Both the position numbers and the translations under genes were made by a program. Below are positions 26,939 through 34,452 of a stretch of DNA of 64,000 nt, in pieces. The DNA lies in the IMG/VR virus record IMGVR_UViG_3300011113_000640, positions 248,001-312,000 of that record; one strand, given 5' to 3'. Below the pieces are notes generated by a model, which worked only from the letters and a program-made list of their open reading frames with translations, had not been told where the DNA came from and did no database searches. Within the stretch, counting starts at the first letter, position 1; each line of letters begins with the position of its first letter.

Positions 26939-27529
26939 TTACGTTACTTGCGTGGTACCGTTGCCGTTTTTAAAACCAATCTCGCCACCTTCTGCTTCAA
27001 TCCTTTTGATCACATCTTCAAACAGGATAGGAGCAAAGTCGGTTTGTTCCACGCACACGCAATGATAACGAACATCAACTATGTCGGTGATCTTGCCATT
27101 GAATCCTGGCAACATCACCCGGTTGGCATGCAAGTGCCCGTGGATGTTGACACCAAAGCGACCAAGGCTTTCTGAGTGAATAGGAATATGGCTGAGTATC
27201 ATGCCATTCATCACATGGTATCCACGCAGGCTACGGAAGTAAGGAGTGTAATCCTCATCCTTAAAGATATCGTGATTACCACGGATAAGAATCTTGTCAC
27301 CATTGAGTCTATTCATAATAGGTAAACTCTTGCGGTTGATCACTACATCACCCAAGTGATATACTTTATCGTTTGGACGCACACGCTCGTTCCAGGCCCG
27401 GACCATGAACTCGTCCATTTCGTTGGGATCTGTCCAAGGGCGAAGTTTTGTAACTCCATCGTTACGTGTGAAGCGACATACACCTGCGTGACCAAAGTGC
27501 GTATCGCTGACTAAAAATACTGCTGGCAT
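26939..27529 (-). CDS. Calcineurin-like metallophosphoesterase
   Basis: SDTHFGH, HLGD, GNHD, HGHLH. Confidence 0.92.
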   Translation of the reverse strand: MPAVFLVSDTHFGHAGVCRFTRNDGVTKLRPWTDPNEMDEFMVRAWNERVRPNDKVYHLGDVVINRKSLPIMNRLNGDKILIRGNHDIFKDEDYTPYFRSLRGYHVMNGMILSHIPIHSESLGRFGVNIHGHLHANRVMLPGFNGKITDIVDVRYHCVCVEQTDFAPILFEDVIKRIEAEGGEIGFKNGNGTTQVT

Positions 27530-27554
27530 AAGTGCCTCCTTTCTTTGTAAAACA

Positions 27555-27628
27555 TGGCGCCGGTCTAAGGAATCGAACCTCAATTAACGGTTTTGGAGAC
27601 CGCTGTAATGCCATTATACCAGACCGAC
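27555..27628 (-). tRNA. tRNA-Trp(CCA)
   Basis: GTCGGTC/GACCGGC-GCCA; GCGGT-CTCCAAA-ACCGT. Confidence 0.93.
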
Positions 27629-27634
27629 CAAACT

Positions 27635-27712
27635 TGGAAGTGAGGGTGAGATTCGAACTCACGGCTTTAGGGATTTGCAGTCCCTTGCATTGGGCCACTC
27701 TGCCACCTCACT
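27635..27712 (-). tRNA. tRNA-Cys(GCA)
   Basis: AGTGAGG/CCTCACT-TCCA (U73); AGGGA-CTGCAAA-TCCCT. Confidence 0.95.
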
Positions 27713-27795
27713 GTAATAAGCTCATAACAAAAATGTATTGGATCCCTGGCAAAATCGCATATCGAATGCGATATATATTACTAGGAGTTATACAC

Positions 27796-27957
27796 ATGGA
27801 ATACATTTTAACCTTATTTGTTTACTTCAACGGAGATCTCATCCGTAAACTGGAACAACCAGTGGCCACTGCGGCCGTATGTCAACAACTCAGTGCAGGT
27901 CTCAACTTCCGTGATCCTGCTGTGACAGCCTTTGCCACTTGTCGTCCCAGATCATAA
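27796..27957 (+). CDS. 53-aa protein antisense within tRNA cluster
   Basis: AGGAG SD before ATG 27796; fills the gap between tRNA-Cys and tRNA-Met. Confidence 0.6.
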   Translation: MEYILTLFVYFNGDLIRKLEQPVATAAVCQQLSAGLNFRDPAVTAFATCRPRS

Positions 27958-27958
27958 T

Positions 27959-28032
27959 TGGTTGCGGGTGACGGAGTTGAACCGCCAACTGGAGCTTATG
28001 AGACTCCCGAGATACCATTTCTCTAACCCGCG
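27959..28032 (-). tRNA. tRNA-Met(CAU), initiator-like
   Basis: CGCGGGT/ACCCGCA-ACCA with C1:A72 mismatch; loop CTCATAA. Confidence 0.9.
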
Positions 28033-28038
28033 TCTGTT

Positions 28039-28212
28039 TCACTGTTCCTGTTCCATTCTACGGAACTGTTCCTGCGCCCGAATCATAGCAGACGCACGAT
28101 CGATCTTGTTCTGAAACAGTTGTTGCTTTTGTGCTTCGGTCAAGAATGCCGAACTCACATCATAAGCCTGTTTCACAATAGCGTCGTTGAGTTTTTTGTA
28201 ATCAATTGACAT
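28039..28212 (-). CDS. 57-aa hypothetical protein (MSIDYKKLNDAIVKQ...)
   Basis: AAGGA SD; start downstream of terminator. Confidence 0.65.
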   Translation of the reverse strand: MSIDYKKLNDAIVKQAYDVSSAFLTEAQKQQLFQNKIDRASAMIRAQEQFRRMEQEQ

Positions 28213-28234
28213 CTTTTTCCTTTCCTCTATAAAA

Positions 28235-28269
28235 TAAAAAACCCCGGAGTGTTTAGTTCCAGGGCTTTT
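28235..28269 (-). terminator. Intrinsic terminator of putative attenuator
   Basis: AAAAGCCCTGGA-ACTAAACAC-TCCGGGGTTTTTT. Confidence 0.85.
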
Positions 28270-28291
28270 GAATATCGTATGATGTTTCGTA

Positions 28292-28393
28292 CTATTCCGT
28301 GCCCTGAATCTCATCCTCGCAAATCTGCCATAGACCAACCACCTCATTGAAGTTGGGTTGTGGTACAAGATAGGTCACTTTGCGATTCAACAT
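28292..28393 (-). CDS. Putative 33-aa leader peptide MLNRKVTYLVPQPNFNEVVGLWQICEDEIQGTE
   Basis: ATG 6 nt after -10 box; carries TTCAGGGC complementary to the terminator 5' arm. Confidence 0.65.
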   Translation of the reverse strand: MLNRKVTYLVPQPNFNEVVGLWQICEDEIQGTE

Positions 28394-28399
28394 AGTAGT

Positions 28400-28428
28400 A
28401 TTATATAGAGTTATTTATATCTTGTCAA
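28400..28428 (-). promoter_or_regulatory. Composite promoter: TTGACA-N17-TATAAT with nested TATAAATA (28412-28419)
   Basis: Exact consensus matches. Confidence 0.9.
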
Positions 28429-28443
28429 CCGGGTTTGGTCAAC

Positions 28444-28474
28444 AAAAAAGCCCCCGGGGGAGCTTTTTTTTTTT
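28444..28474. terminator. Probable bidirectional terminator after porin gene
   Basis: AAAAAAGCCCCCGGGGGAGCTTTTTTTTTT. Confidence 0.6.
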
Positions 28475-28490
28475 GGATCACTTTTAAAAA

Positions 28491-29231
28491 TTAATTAAAA
28501 GTTTTTGTCAAGCCAACTACCACGGCATTCTTGTAGAGCTTTTGACCGCTCACAGTGTTTGCAGTTTCAAAAGTTCTTGTTGTGCCAGAGTTGGTGAAAT
28601 ACTTTACACTGACGTCAAAGTCTTTGGGTAGACTGTAAACAAAACCAGCATTGATGTCATTGTAATCGTAGGCTGTGCTGTTGGCCACATTGGTACGACC
28701 ATAGTGTGCTACAACAGCCAGATTCTTGATCACAGGAACTGGTAACTTGCCATCTGCTTGCACGTAGGTTGTGCCTTGAGCATTGGCTGTACCGAAATAG
28801 CCATCTCCCAAGGTTCTGCTATACTTGGCAGAAATGATGTCTTTGTAACCTAGGCCGACATAGCCTTCATAGGTGTCAAAGTTTGAACCAGTTTTTGCTG
28901 AAGTGGTGGCACGTGGATAGAAATAGTTGTAGCTACCGATGTCGATCGAGATGCCCTTGAAGATTTCTTTCTTGTAACCAGCGTAGAGATCACTCTCTAC
29001 ACCTGCACCATTGGTGTAGACTTGGCTAGAAACACTGCTGTTCCAGTTACCAATGTACAAGCCACTCTTGTGTGCATAGTCGATGCCGCCCTGAACTGCA
29101 GGAGCATTTTGGGTTTGGCTAACACCGCGGAAACGGTAGTCGCTGGTCAAACCTAAATTGCCGGTGAGTTGAGCTTGAGCCGAGGCAACAAAGCCAGCGG
29201 ACAAGGCCAATGCTAATAATAATTTTTTCAT
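28491..29231 (-). CDS. TorF-family putative porin (TIGR02001-like)
   Basis: Signal peptide; SDYRFRGVSQT, PAVQGGIDY, GNWNSSV, DLYAGY; ends KTFN. Confidence 0.9.
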   Translation of the reverse strand: MKKLLLALALSAGFVASAQAQLTGNLGLTSDYRFRGVSQTQNAPAVQGGIDYAHKSGLYIGNWNSSVSSQVYTNGAGVESDLYAGYKKEIFKGISIDIGSYNYFYPRATTSAKTGSNFDTYEGYVGLGYKDIISAKYSRTLGDGYFGTANAQGTTYVQADGKLPVPVIKNLAVVAHYGRTNVANSTAYDYNDINAGFVYSLPKDFDVSVKYFTNSGTTRTFETANTVSGQKLYKNAVVVGLTKTFN

Positions 29232-29307
29232 GCTTGAAGTTTCCTTTTAAAAGAATGCTGGGTGATCACCCAACTCTTTATTTAGTGGTTTTTACTTAGT
29301 GACCAAC

Positions 29308-29335
29308 AAAAAAGCCTGATTTCTCAGGCTTTTTA
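29308..29335. terminator. Bidirectional intrinsic terminator
   Basis: AAAAAAGCCTGA-TTTC-TCAGGCTTTTT. Confidence 0.85.
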
Positions 29336-29355
29336 TTTTGAAACAACAAAAACTA

Positions 29356-29910
29356 TTAGAAATTCCGAGTATAATTAAAATTTATAATTTTTTGATCTAC
29401 ATCACCTTGCACACGATCATATCTTACACCAATTGTATCTTTTTTGGTAACAGCATAACCTACTCCGGCTCTCCAGGTGCGAGTAGTATCGTTCATGGCA
29501 GTGTTAAATGGAGTGCGAAAACGCCAGCCAGCACGAACAGTAAAGCCTGATGAGCCAAATGGAGCGGTAACCCCGGGTTCTACGCTATAGTATCCATAAC
29601 TGCCAGTGCTGATATATCGTTCGCCAACACCTGTGCGAGTGTACAAGGTCGCAAACTTTGTCGGCAACAATCCAGTTACTCCGGCTTCAAGGCGAGTGCT
29701 GGCCAATGCATTGCTACCATTTTGGTTGATTTGTAAAACTCCTACATCACCAAGAAAGTTTTTGTTGATGTTTTCTCTGACTGCCAAGCTCCAACTGTTT
29801 TGATCTGCTGATTTGACATTGTCGACATTGCCATATTCGACCGTGGCGGATCCTGCGTGGACCAAACCTGCGGCAAACACCAAACTTAGAATAGTTAATA
29901 GTTTTTTCAT
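29356..29910 (-). CDS. Small outer-membrane beta-barrel protein
   Basis: Signal peptide; alternating beta pattern; C-terminal FNYTRNF beta-signal. Confidence 0.8.
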   Translation of the reverse strand: MKKLLTILSLVFAAGLVHAGSATVEYGNVDNVKSADQNSWSLAVRENINKNFLGDVGVLQINQNGSNALASTRLEAGVTGLLPTKFATLYTRTGVGERYISTGSYGYYSVEPGVTAPFGSSGFTVRAGWRFRTPFNTAMNDTTRTWRAGVGYAVTKKDTIGVRYDRVQGDVDQKIINFNYTRNF

Positions 29911-29977
29911 AATTGTCCTTAAAGGTAATTTAATGATATCGTATCTAGATTTAGTTATGACTCAAGATTAACGGATC

Positions 29978-30003
29978 AAAAAAAACCCGCCGAAGCGGGT
30001 TTT
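29978..30003 (-). terminator. Intrinsic terminator after tmRNA
   Basis: AAAACCCGC-TTCG-GCGGGTTTTTTTT. Confidence 0.92.
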
Positions 30004-30009
30004 GACATT

Positions 30010-30280
30010 TTTGGTAACAAGGCATGTCTGCCCCGGAGATCATGCCGCTAAGGCAAAGACCTCGTCGTTAGCTGCGTTTGCAGTTATCATTTTGCTTCTA
30101 CGACCAGGCTTTCCCAGTCCTAACGGGTTTCGCATTCCCGTGTTGCCGTCCGCATTGGCTCACCATGTCGATCCTGATTCATCCCCACCCAAGCATACTG
30201 GACAATACACTTGGGTGGAGATGCTGGGATTTGCACCCAGGTCCATAGTGCCTTCACTTGGAAGGGATTACAACAATTCG
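30010..30280 (-). ncRNA. ssrA: Circularly permuted two-piece tmRNA; tag ANAANDEVFALAA* at 30040-30081
   Basis: T arm and 3' acceptor CATCTCCACC precede 5' acceptor GGGGATG (G3:U70); intervening hairpin 30187-30216; ATAACT-GCA resume context; outer ends approximate. Confidence 0.92.
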
Positions 30281-30287
30281 AAAAACG

Positions 30288-30545
30288 TTAACTCAACTTA
30301 CGTGCCATTTGAGGCGCTGGCGTAAACGAATTCACTATAGCCAAATAACCGTCGGCTGACGCTTCAGTGCTGAATAATCTTATAAAATTGTCTGAGTAAG
30401 TGATTCCGTCTGAATTTGTAGTCGTCTGAGTATTAACTGACATGGTAACCGCTGCCACGGCTGGATCAGTGAGATATGCACTTAATTGATTCGTTTCTGC
30501 TTCAGTGCGAGCACGTCCGTAAATAACTTCTGTAAAATATAGCAT
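30288..30545 (-). CDS. Hypothetical protein
   Basis: AAGGA SD; TATAAATA at 30570-30577. Confidence 0.7.
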   Translation of the reverse strand: MLYFTEVIYGRARTEAETNQLSAYLTDPAVAAVTMSVNTQTTTNSDGITYSDNFIRLFSTEASADGYLAIVNSFTPAPQMARKLS

Positions 30546-30573
30546 GGCAATTCCTTATATTAATGTTGTTATT

Positions 30574-30603
30574 TATACGAACTCAAGATATACGAACTCA
30601 AGA
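30574..30603. repeat. Perfect 2 x 15-bp tandem repeat TATACGAACTCAAGA
   Basis: Read directly. Confidence 0.95.
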
Positions 30604-30629
30604 CTTATGTTTGGATTAACAATCAAATC

Positions 30630-30722
30630 CTACTTGCCAAACAAATGAGCCACAATGCCCATGCCCACAAATACTGTCATGGCCGCAACGGCCGCCCAGG
30701 GGATGTTTTTTAATATGTTCAT
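30630..30722 (-). CDS. 30-aa hydrophobic peptide MNILKNIPWAAVAAMTVFVGMGIVAHLFGK
   Basis: Hand-translated; ATGA overlap with upstream peptide. Confidence 0.55.
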   Translation of the reverse strand: MNILKNIPWAAVAAMTVFVGMGIVAHLFGK

Positions 30723-30802
30723 TGCTCGTCCTGATGTTCGTTGATCCACATGATACCATAACAAACTACCACAGCCAACAAGGCAAAAAATATCAACCAC
30801 AT
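30719..30802 (-). CDS. 27-aa hydrophobic peptide MWLIFFALLAVVVCYGIMWINEHQDEQ
   Basis: Hand-translated; 2 nt after previous stop. Confidence 0.55.
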   Translation of the reverse strand: MWLIFFALLAVVVCYGIMWINEHQDEQ

Positions 30803-30804
30803 GA

Positions 30805-30996
30805 TTAATTATAGCCTTTTATGTGATTGTTGTCAATCGGGGGATTTCCTCGGGCCATGACATTTTCTAACTGCCGGGCACGATCACGTTCGGGCGGCAA
30901 CGGACCACAACCCAGTCTTGCCCACTCGTCTTCGGAGTAGTAATAGCGTTCCACGGGCGGTTTCTTTTGCTGTTCCACGGTCATCGTATTTACCAT
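30805..30996 (-). CDS. Small hypothetical protein
   Basis: Follows tRNA-Ile2. Confidence 0.65.
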   Translation of the reverse strand: MVNTMTVEQQKKPPVERYYYSEDEWARLGCGPLPPERDRARQLENVMARGNPPIDNNHIKGYN

Positions 30997-31000
30997 GTTT

Positions 31001-31075
31001 TGGTAGGCCTTGAAAGAATTGAACTTTCACTCCATCGATTATGAGTCGATTGCTTTACCATTAAGCTAAAGGCCC
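31001..31075 (-). tRNA. tRNA with CAU anticodon, Ile2 (lysidine)-type body
   Basis: GGGCCTT/AAGGCCT-ACCA; ATCGA-CTCATAA-TCGAT resembles bacterial tRNA-Ile2. Confidence 0.85.
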
Positions 31076-31084
31076 AATAATTGT

Positions 31085-31113
31085 ATTGTAGCATCATGGC
31101 CCATAGTTGTCAA
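31085..31113 (-). promoter_or_regulatory. Sigma70-type promoter for tRNA-Ile2 unit
   Basis: TTGACA-N17-TACAAT with TG extension. Confidence 0.8.
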
Positions 31114-32050
31114 GCCTGTCACGCAAACCAAGGTAATTTTTGAAATAAAGAAGATCCTTTTGTTGAGCGGTAATGGGCAAAGATTCTACTGTGTTTACAT
31201 CATGCAAGCTGTTGGCACCGCCCATGTCTCGGTCATGTGGCCAGTCTGTGGCAAACAACATGCGATTCCATCCCAATAGTTCGGCATTTTCAATAAAACC
31301 CGGCATTTCTGGTTCGGTGGTAAACCAAAAATTTCTGCGGAGATATAGCATGGGATCTGCAAATCCCAACTCCAGCATGCGGTCCTGCAGTTCATAGATC
31401 CAGTTGGTATCACGTTCGGCAATTACAATTTTGAGATCGGGGTAGCGATCCAGGGTTCCACCAATGATAAGGCTGGCTATGGTTCTTTTCCAAAAATGAT
31501 GTGCTGGCCAGATTTCTTTAAGTAGTTGTAGTTCTTTGGCCCAGATGCTGGTGTCAGATTCAATAACGTCATTGATTTCGGTATGGTGCAGATACACCGG
31601 CATTTTTGTCTTGGCTATTTTCGCAAACAACACATCGTATTCTGGCATGAATCCCCAGGCTGGTGTTTCGCTCAAAAACACAGCCAAAAAATTCTGTTCA
31701 GCACGCAGTTCTAATTCTGCCAGGCTAGCCGTTAGATCCTGCAGGGCCAACCAAATAGTGGCACTGAAACCAGAGTTGTGGCTGACAATTTGATGCAGGT
31801 GTTCATTGTAGATCTGCATGACTTTGCGACCCACGTGTTTGGGTAATCTATAGTTGATGTTCAAACTGATGCCCATGAAGTTCAGCAACTGGTGATCAAT
31901 TTTGAGTGCAGAGAATTCTTTCAGGCGATCATCGATATTGGTATAGCTGTGTCGTTTTTTTTCACAATACTGCTGATACCATTCCTGTATGTCAGGATGA
32001 TCAAACACCGCAGGTGGAGGAGTATAGTGTGCATCAGCGTCAATGATCAT
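31094..32050 (-). CDS. Amidohydrolase_2 family (ACMSD/LigW-like) metal-dependent enzyme
   Basis: IIDADAH, PVYLH, LDRYPDLKIVIAE, LFATDWPH. Confidence 0.88.
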   Translation of the reverse strand: MIIDADAHYTPPPAVFDHPDIQEWYQQYCEKKRHSYTNIDDRLKEFSALKIDHQLLNFMGISLNINYRLPKHVGRKVMQIYNEHLHQIVSHNSGFSATIWLALQDLTASLAELELRAEQNFLAVFLSETPAWGFMPEYDVLFAKIAKTKMPVYLHHTEINDVIESDTSIWAKELQLLKEIWPAHHFWKRTIASLIIGGTLDRYPDLKIVIAERDTNWIYELQDRMLELGFADPMLYLRRNFWFTTEPEMPGFIENAELLGWNRMLFATDWPHDRDMGGANSLHDVNTVESLPITAQQKDLLYFKNYLGLRDRLDNYGP

Positions 32051-32067
32051 ATGATATTTATTGTTGT

Positions 32068-32439
32068 TCAAGGCCCGTAGTTGTCAAGAAATTGTTCCAA
32101 ATTACCGTAGAGATTGACCATGACCGCTTCTCGGCTTCCAAAAAACACTATCTTTTTGGGTATGCCTTTGGTTGCCGAAATATAGTAAGGCATCTGCATT
32201 TTTCTATCCAATTTGAGCATGAGACGCTTGTTGAACGTCAAGGGATCTGTGATGGCATACTCGTAGTGCTCAAGATCCAACCGCCGAGACAATACATCAT
32301 ATCCAATGCCGGTCAAGCGCATGCCACCGGTACGTCTGATGTTGAACCACCAACTTGGCAAAGCTGTGTCCACAGGCACACGATCACTTTCGGGCAAGAG
32401 CTCGATGAGTTGTTGAGTCAGTAGATGTTTGTCACGCAC
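32068..32439 (-). CDS. Hypothetical protein
   Basis: GTG start just after upstream stop; WWFN.R..GGMRLT. Confidence 0.7.
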   Translation of the reverse strand: MRDKHLLTQQLIELLPESDRVPVDTALPSWWFNIRRTGGMRLTGIGYDVLSRRLDLEHYEYAITDPLTFNKRLMLKLDRKMQMPYYISATKGIPKKIVFFGSREAVMVNLYGNLEQFLDNYGP

Positions 32440-32440
32440 A

Positions 32441-32728
32441 TCAAGGATATACCTGATCACCGGCTCGTAGCAACACCACGGTGAATCGGTCGGTCTTGAA
32501 CTGTGTGTTGAGTTTCTTGGCCAAGTTGCGGGCATGTCCAGGATTGCTGAAACTAACCTTTTTGTATTTGGGCCCAGGATACTGCACCAGGAGATTTGAT
32601 GTTTTGAGATTGATGGGTTGATTGTCAAAGAACACAGCCCAGATACCTTCACTGGCCAGGACCTGTTCGGTCTTGTAAGTGGTCTTGTTGGTGTGTTCGA
32701 TCAACACCGTGGGTTTTGGGCGACTCAT
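32441..32728 (-). CDS. Hypothetical protein (MSRPKPTVLIE...)
   Basis: AGGA SD; TAAATA upstream. Confidence 0.8.
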   Translation of the reverse strand: MSRPKPTVLIEHTNKTTYKTEQVLASEGIWAVFFDNQPINLKTSNLLVQYPGPKYKKVSFSNPGHARNLAKKLNTQFKTDRFTVVLLRAGDQVYP

Positions 32729-32773
32729 GTCATTATATTCCTATATTTTATTTATCTAAAAATATGGGTATAT

Positions 32774-32980
32774 TTAGAATGTGCCGCCTCCTATTTTGAC
32801 CTCTACAACAGGCTCTTGACCAATTTTGTTAATTCGATCATGTAAAACATGTAGCTCAGCCAACAGTCTGGTGATATCTGCATGCAGGGCACGGGCATCC
32901 GTCATGCTCATCACAAAGTCTCGATTGCCACGAGCATCATGCCCTTCTACTCGGTCAATGAACTTATTGAGATGAAGCAT
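32774..32980 (-). CDS. Small hypothetical protein
   Basis: Operon position. Confidence 0.7.
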   Translation of the reverse strand: MLHLNKFIDRVEGHDARGNRDFVMSMTDARALHADITRLLAELHVLHDRINKIGQEPVVEVKIGGGTF

Positions 32981-33422
32981 CGCCGGCTTGTTGTTCGGTG
33001 TAGAATGGCCCTTGATAGGGATATCGTTGTAGCACTATGAGTTTGGGAGCCAACACAGTGCGCCAATGACGTCCGCGGCGCACATTGTACCAACCTGCGG
33101 CAAACCACGATTTGCTCTTGGTTGTTTTGGTGTACACCGGCAACTGTTGCGGAACGTCCCACATGGGATTATGCACACGGCCTGCCACGGGATAACCATG
33201 CACATGGTCTAGCACTGCCCGAGGTCGAGTTTTTTTGATTGCAGGTTCAAACTGTATGTTCACCCGCTGTGCTGCCAGGCGTATGGTCTTGAACTGTGCT
33301 ATCTGATTGTTGATCTTGACCTGATAACCGCCGGCACAGGCTTCCACATTGCCAACCTTTTGATCTCCGTCTTGCAAGATCCAAAACTTTTTGTCTATCA
33401 CGGGTTTAGCTATTAGTTTCAT
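32964..33422 (-). CDS. Hypothetical protein
   Basis: AGGAG SD before ATG 33422. Confidence 0.8.
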   Translation of the reverse strand: MKLIAKPVIDKKFWILQDGDQKVGNVEACAGGYQVKINNQIAQFKTIRLAAQRVNIQFEPAIKKTRPRAVLDHVHGYPVAGRVHNPMWDVPQQLPVYTKTTKSKSWFAAGWYNVRRGRHWRTVLAPKLIVLQRYPYQGPFYTEQQAGDASSQ

Positions 33423-34416
33423 TGAGCACTCCTTTGTATGTTTCATTCATCCAACGCCCAAAGCTGTCGGCGCTTTCACTGCATTTGTTTAATTCGTATT
33501 TGCCACAGAACTGCATGAATCTCACGCCCACTTGCCCCACATCCTTGTGACTGACCTGTTCACGTATGGCTGCATCCACTGTGGCCTTGACGTCTGCAGG
33601 TTGTGCTGTCAAATCAATCAAGGTCCTGTTGCGTTCATAGTCATCCAACACACGATGTTCTACACCGTCGGGATCTGACCAGCGTTGCAACATCATGTTG
33701 TTCCAGTTGTAGCCTTTTTTGTCTTTGTCCGCAAACGCTTCCTGGAGTCCAACCTTGTTCTTAGTGCCCTTAGTTCTGACACCGGGATACGCTGAGAAGA
33801 CGTTATCCGAACTATCTCCTCGCATACACTTTTCAAAGAGTAGCCATTCTGGGTTCGGCGTTGACTTAGGTTCTTTAGTTTTCTTATCGATAACCGCTTT
33901 GCCTTTGGCATCAAAGATTCCTTCCGTGGTGATTAGTTCGTCGGTGATTCCATTGTATTGTTTGACGTTGGCGGCTACCAGTTGGACAAAGTCAGTGTCA
34001 CTGCTGATAACAACATGCTCATCTTGGGGATGTAGTGCGATCCAGCGAGCTATGACGTCGTCGCCTTCGGCTGTAGCACAACGAATCACGCTACAGTTGG
34101 TTTTCTCACTCAAGTATTTAGTCAGATTATCATAGGTTTCCCAGAACATCTTGTCTTCTTCGACTTCCGCTTCTGTGAGTGCGGCACGGGCCACAGCACG
34201 GTTGTTTTTGTAGGGTTTGTACATGTCCTTGCGCCAGCTACGGCCCTCCAGGGCAAACACCATATGATCGGCTTCAAAACGCCGGGCCATTTTGTTGGCG
34301 GCCATTAGGGTAACATGCAGGGCGAAACCTACTTTTTCCCAGGTATCGCTGGCACGGAAAGCACCGTGTCGGGCACGGAAGAAAAGATTGGCAGTATCTA
34401 CGAGAACATATTTCAT
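33406..34416 (-). CDS. rnh: T4-like RNase H / 5'-3' flap exonuclease
   Basis: LVDTAN, SWRKD..YK.NR, EGDD, SSDTDF.QL, GDSSDNV. Confidence 0.92.
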   Translation of the reverse strand: MKYVLVDTANLFFRARHGAFRASDTWEKVGFALHVTLMAANKMARRFEADHMVFALEGRSWRKDMYKPYKNNRAVARAALTEAEVEEDKMFWETYDNLTKYLSEKTNCSVIRCATAEGDDVIARWIALHPQDEHVVISSDTDFVQLVAANVKQYNGITDELITTEGIFDAKGKAVIDKKTKEPKSTPNPEWLLFEKCMRGDSSDNVFSAYPGVRTKGTKNKVGLQEAFADKDKKGYNWNNMMLQRWSDPDGVEHRVLDDYERNRTLIDLTAQPADVKATVDAAIREQVSHKDVGQVGVRFMQFCGKYELNKCSESADSFGRWMNETYKGVLNETNS

Positions 34417-34422
34417 GTTAAT

Positions 34423-34452
34423 ATTATAACATGGATCTGGTCAAAAAGTCAA
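34423..34452 (-). promoter_or_regulatory. Sigma70-type promoter giving a leaderless rnh transcript
   Basis: TTGACT-N18-TATAAT with TG; ATG 6 nt downstream. Confidence 0.7.

Noticed and set aside
28213-28368. N-terminal extension of ORF 28039..28368
   Set aside because: Runs through a terminator and the leader ORF; an SD supports the start at 28212
30002-30325. 107-aa plus-strand ORF
   Set aside because: Antisense shadow of the tmRNA
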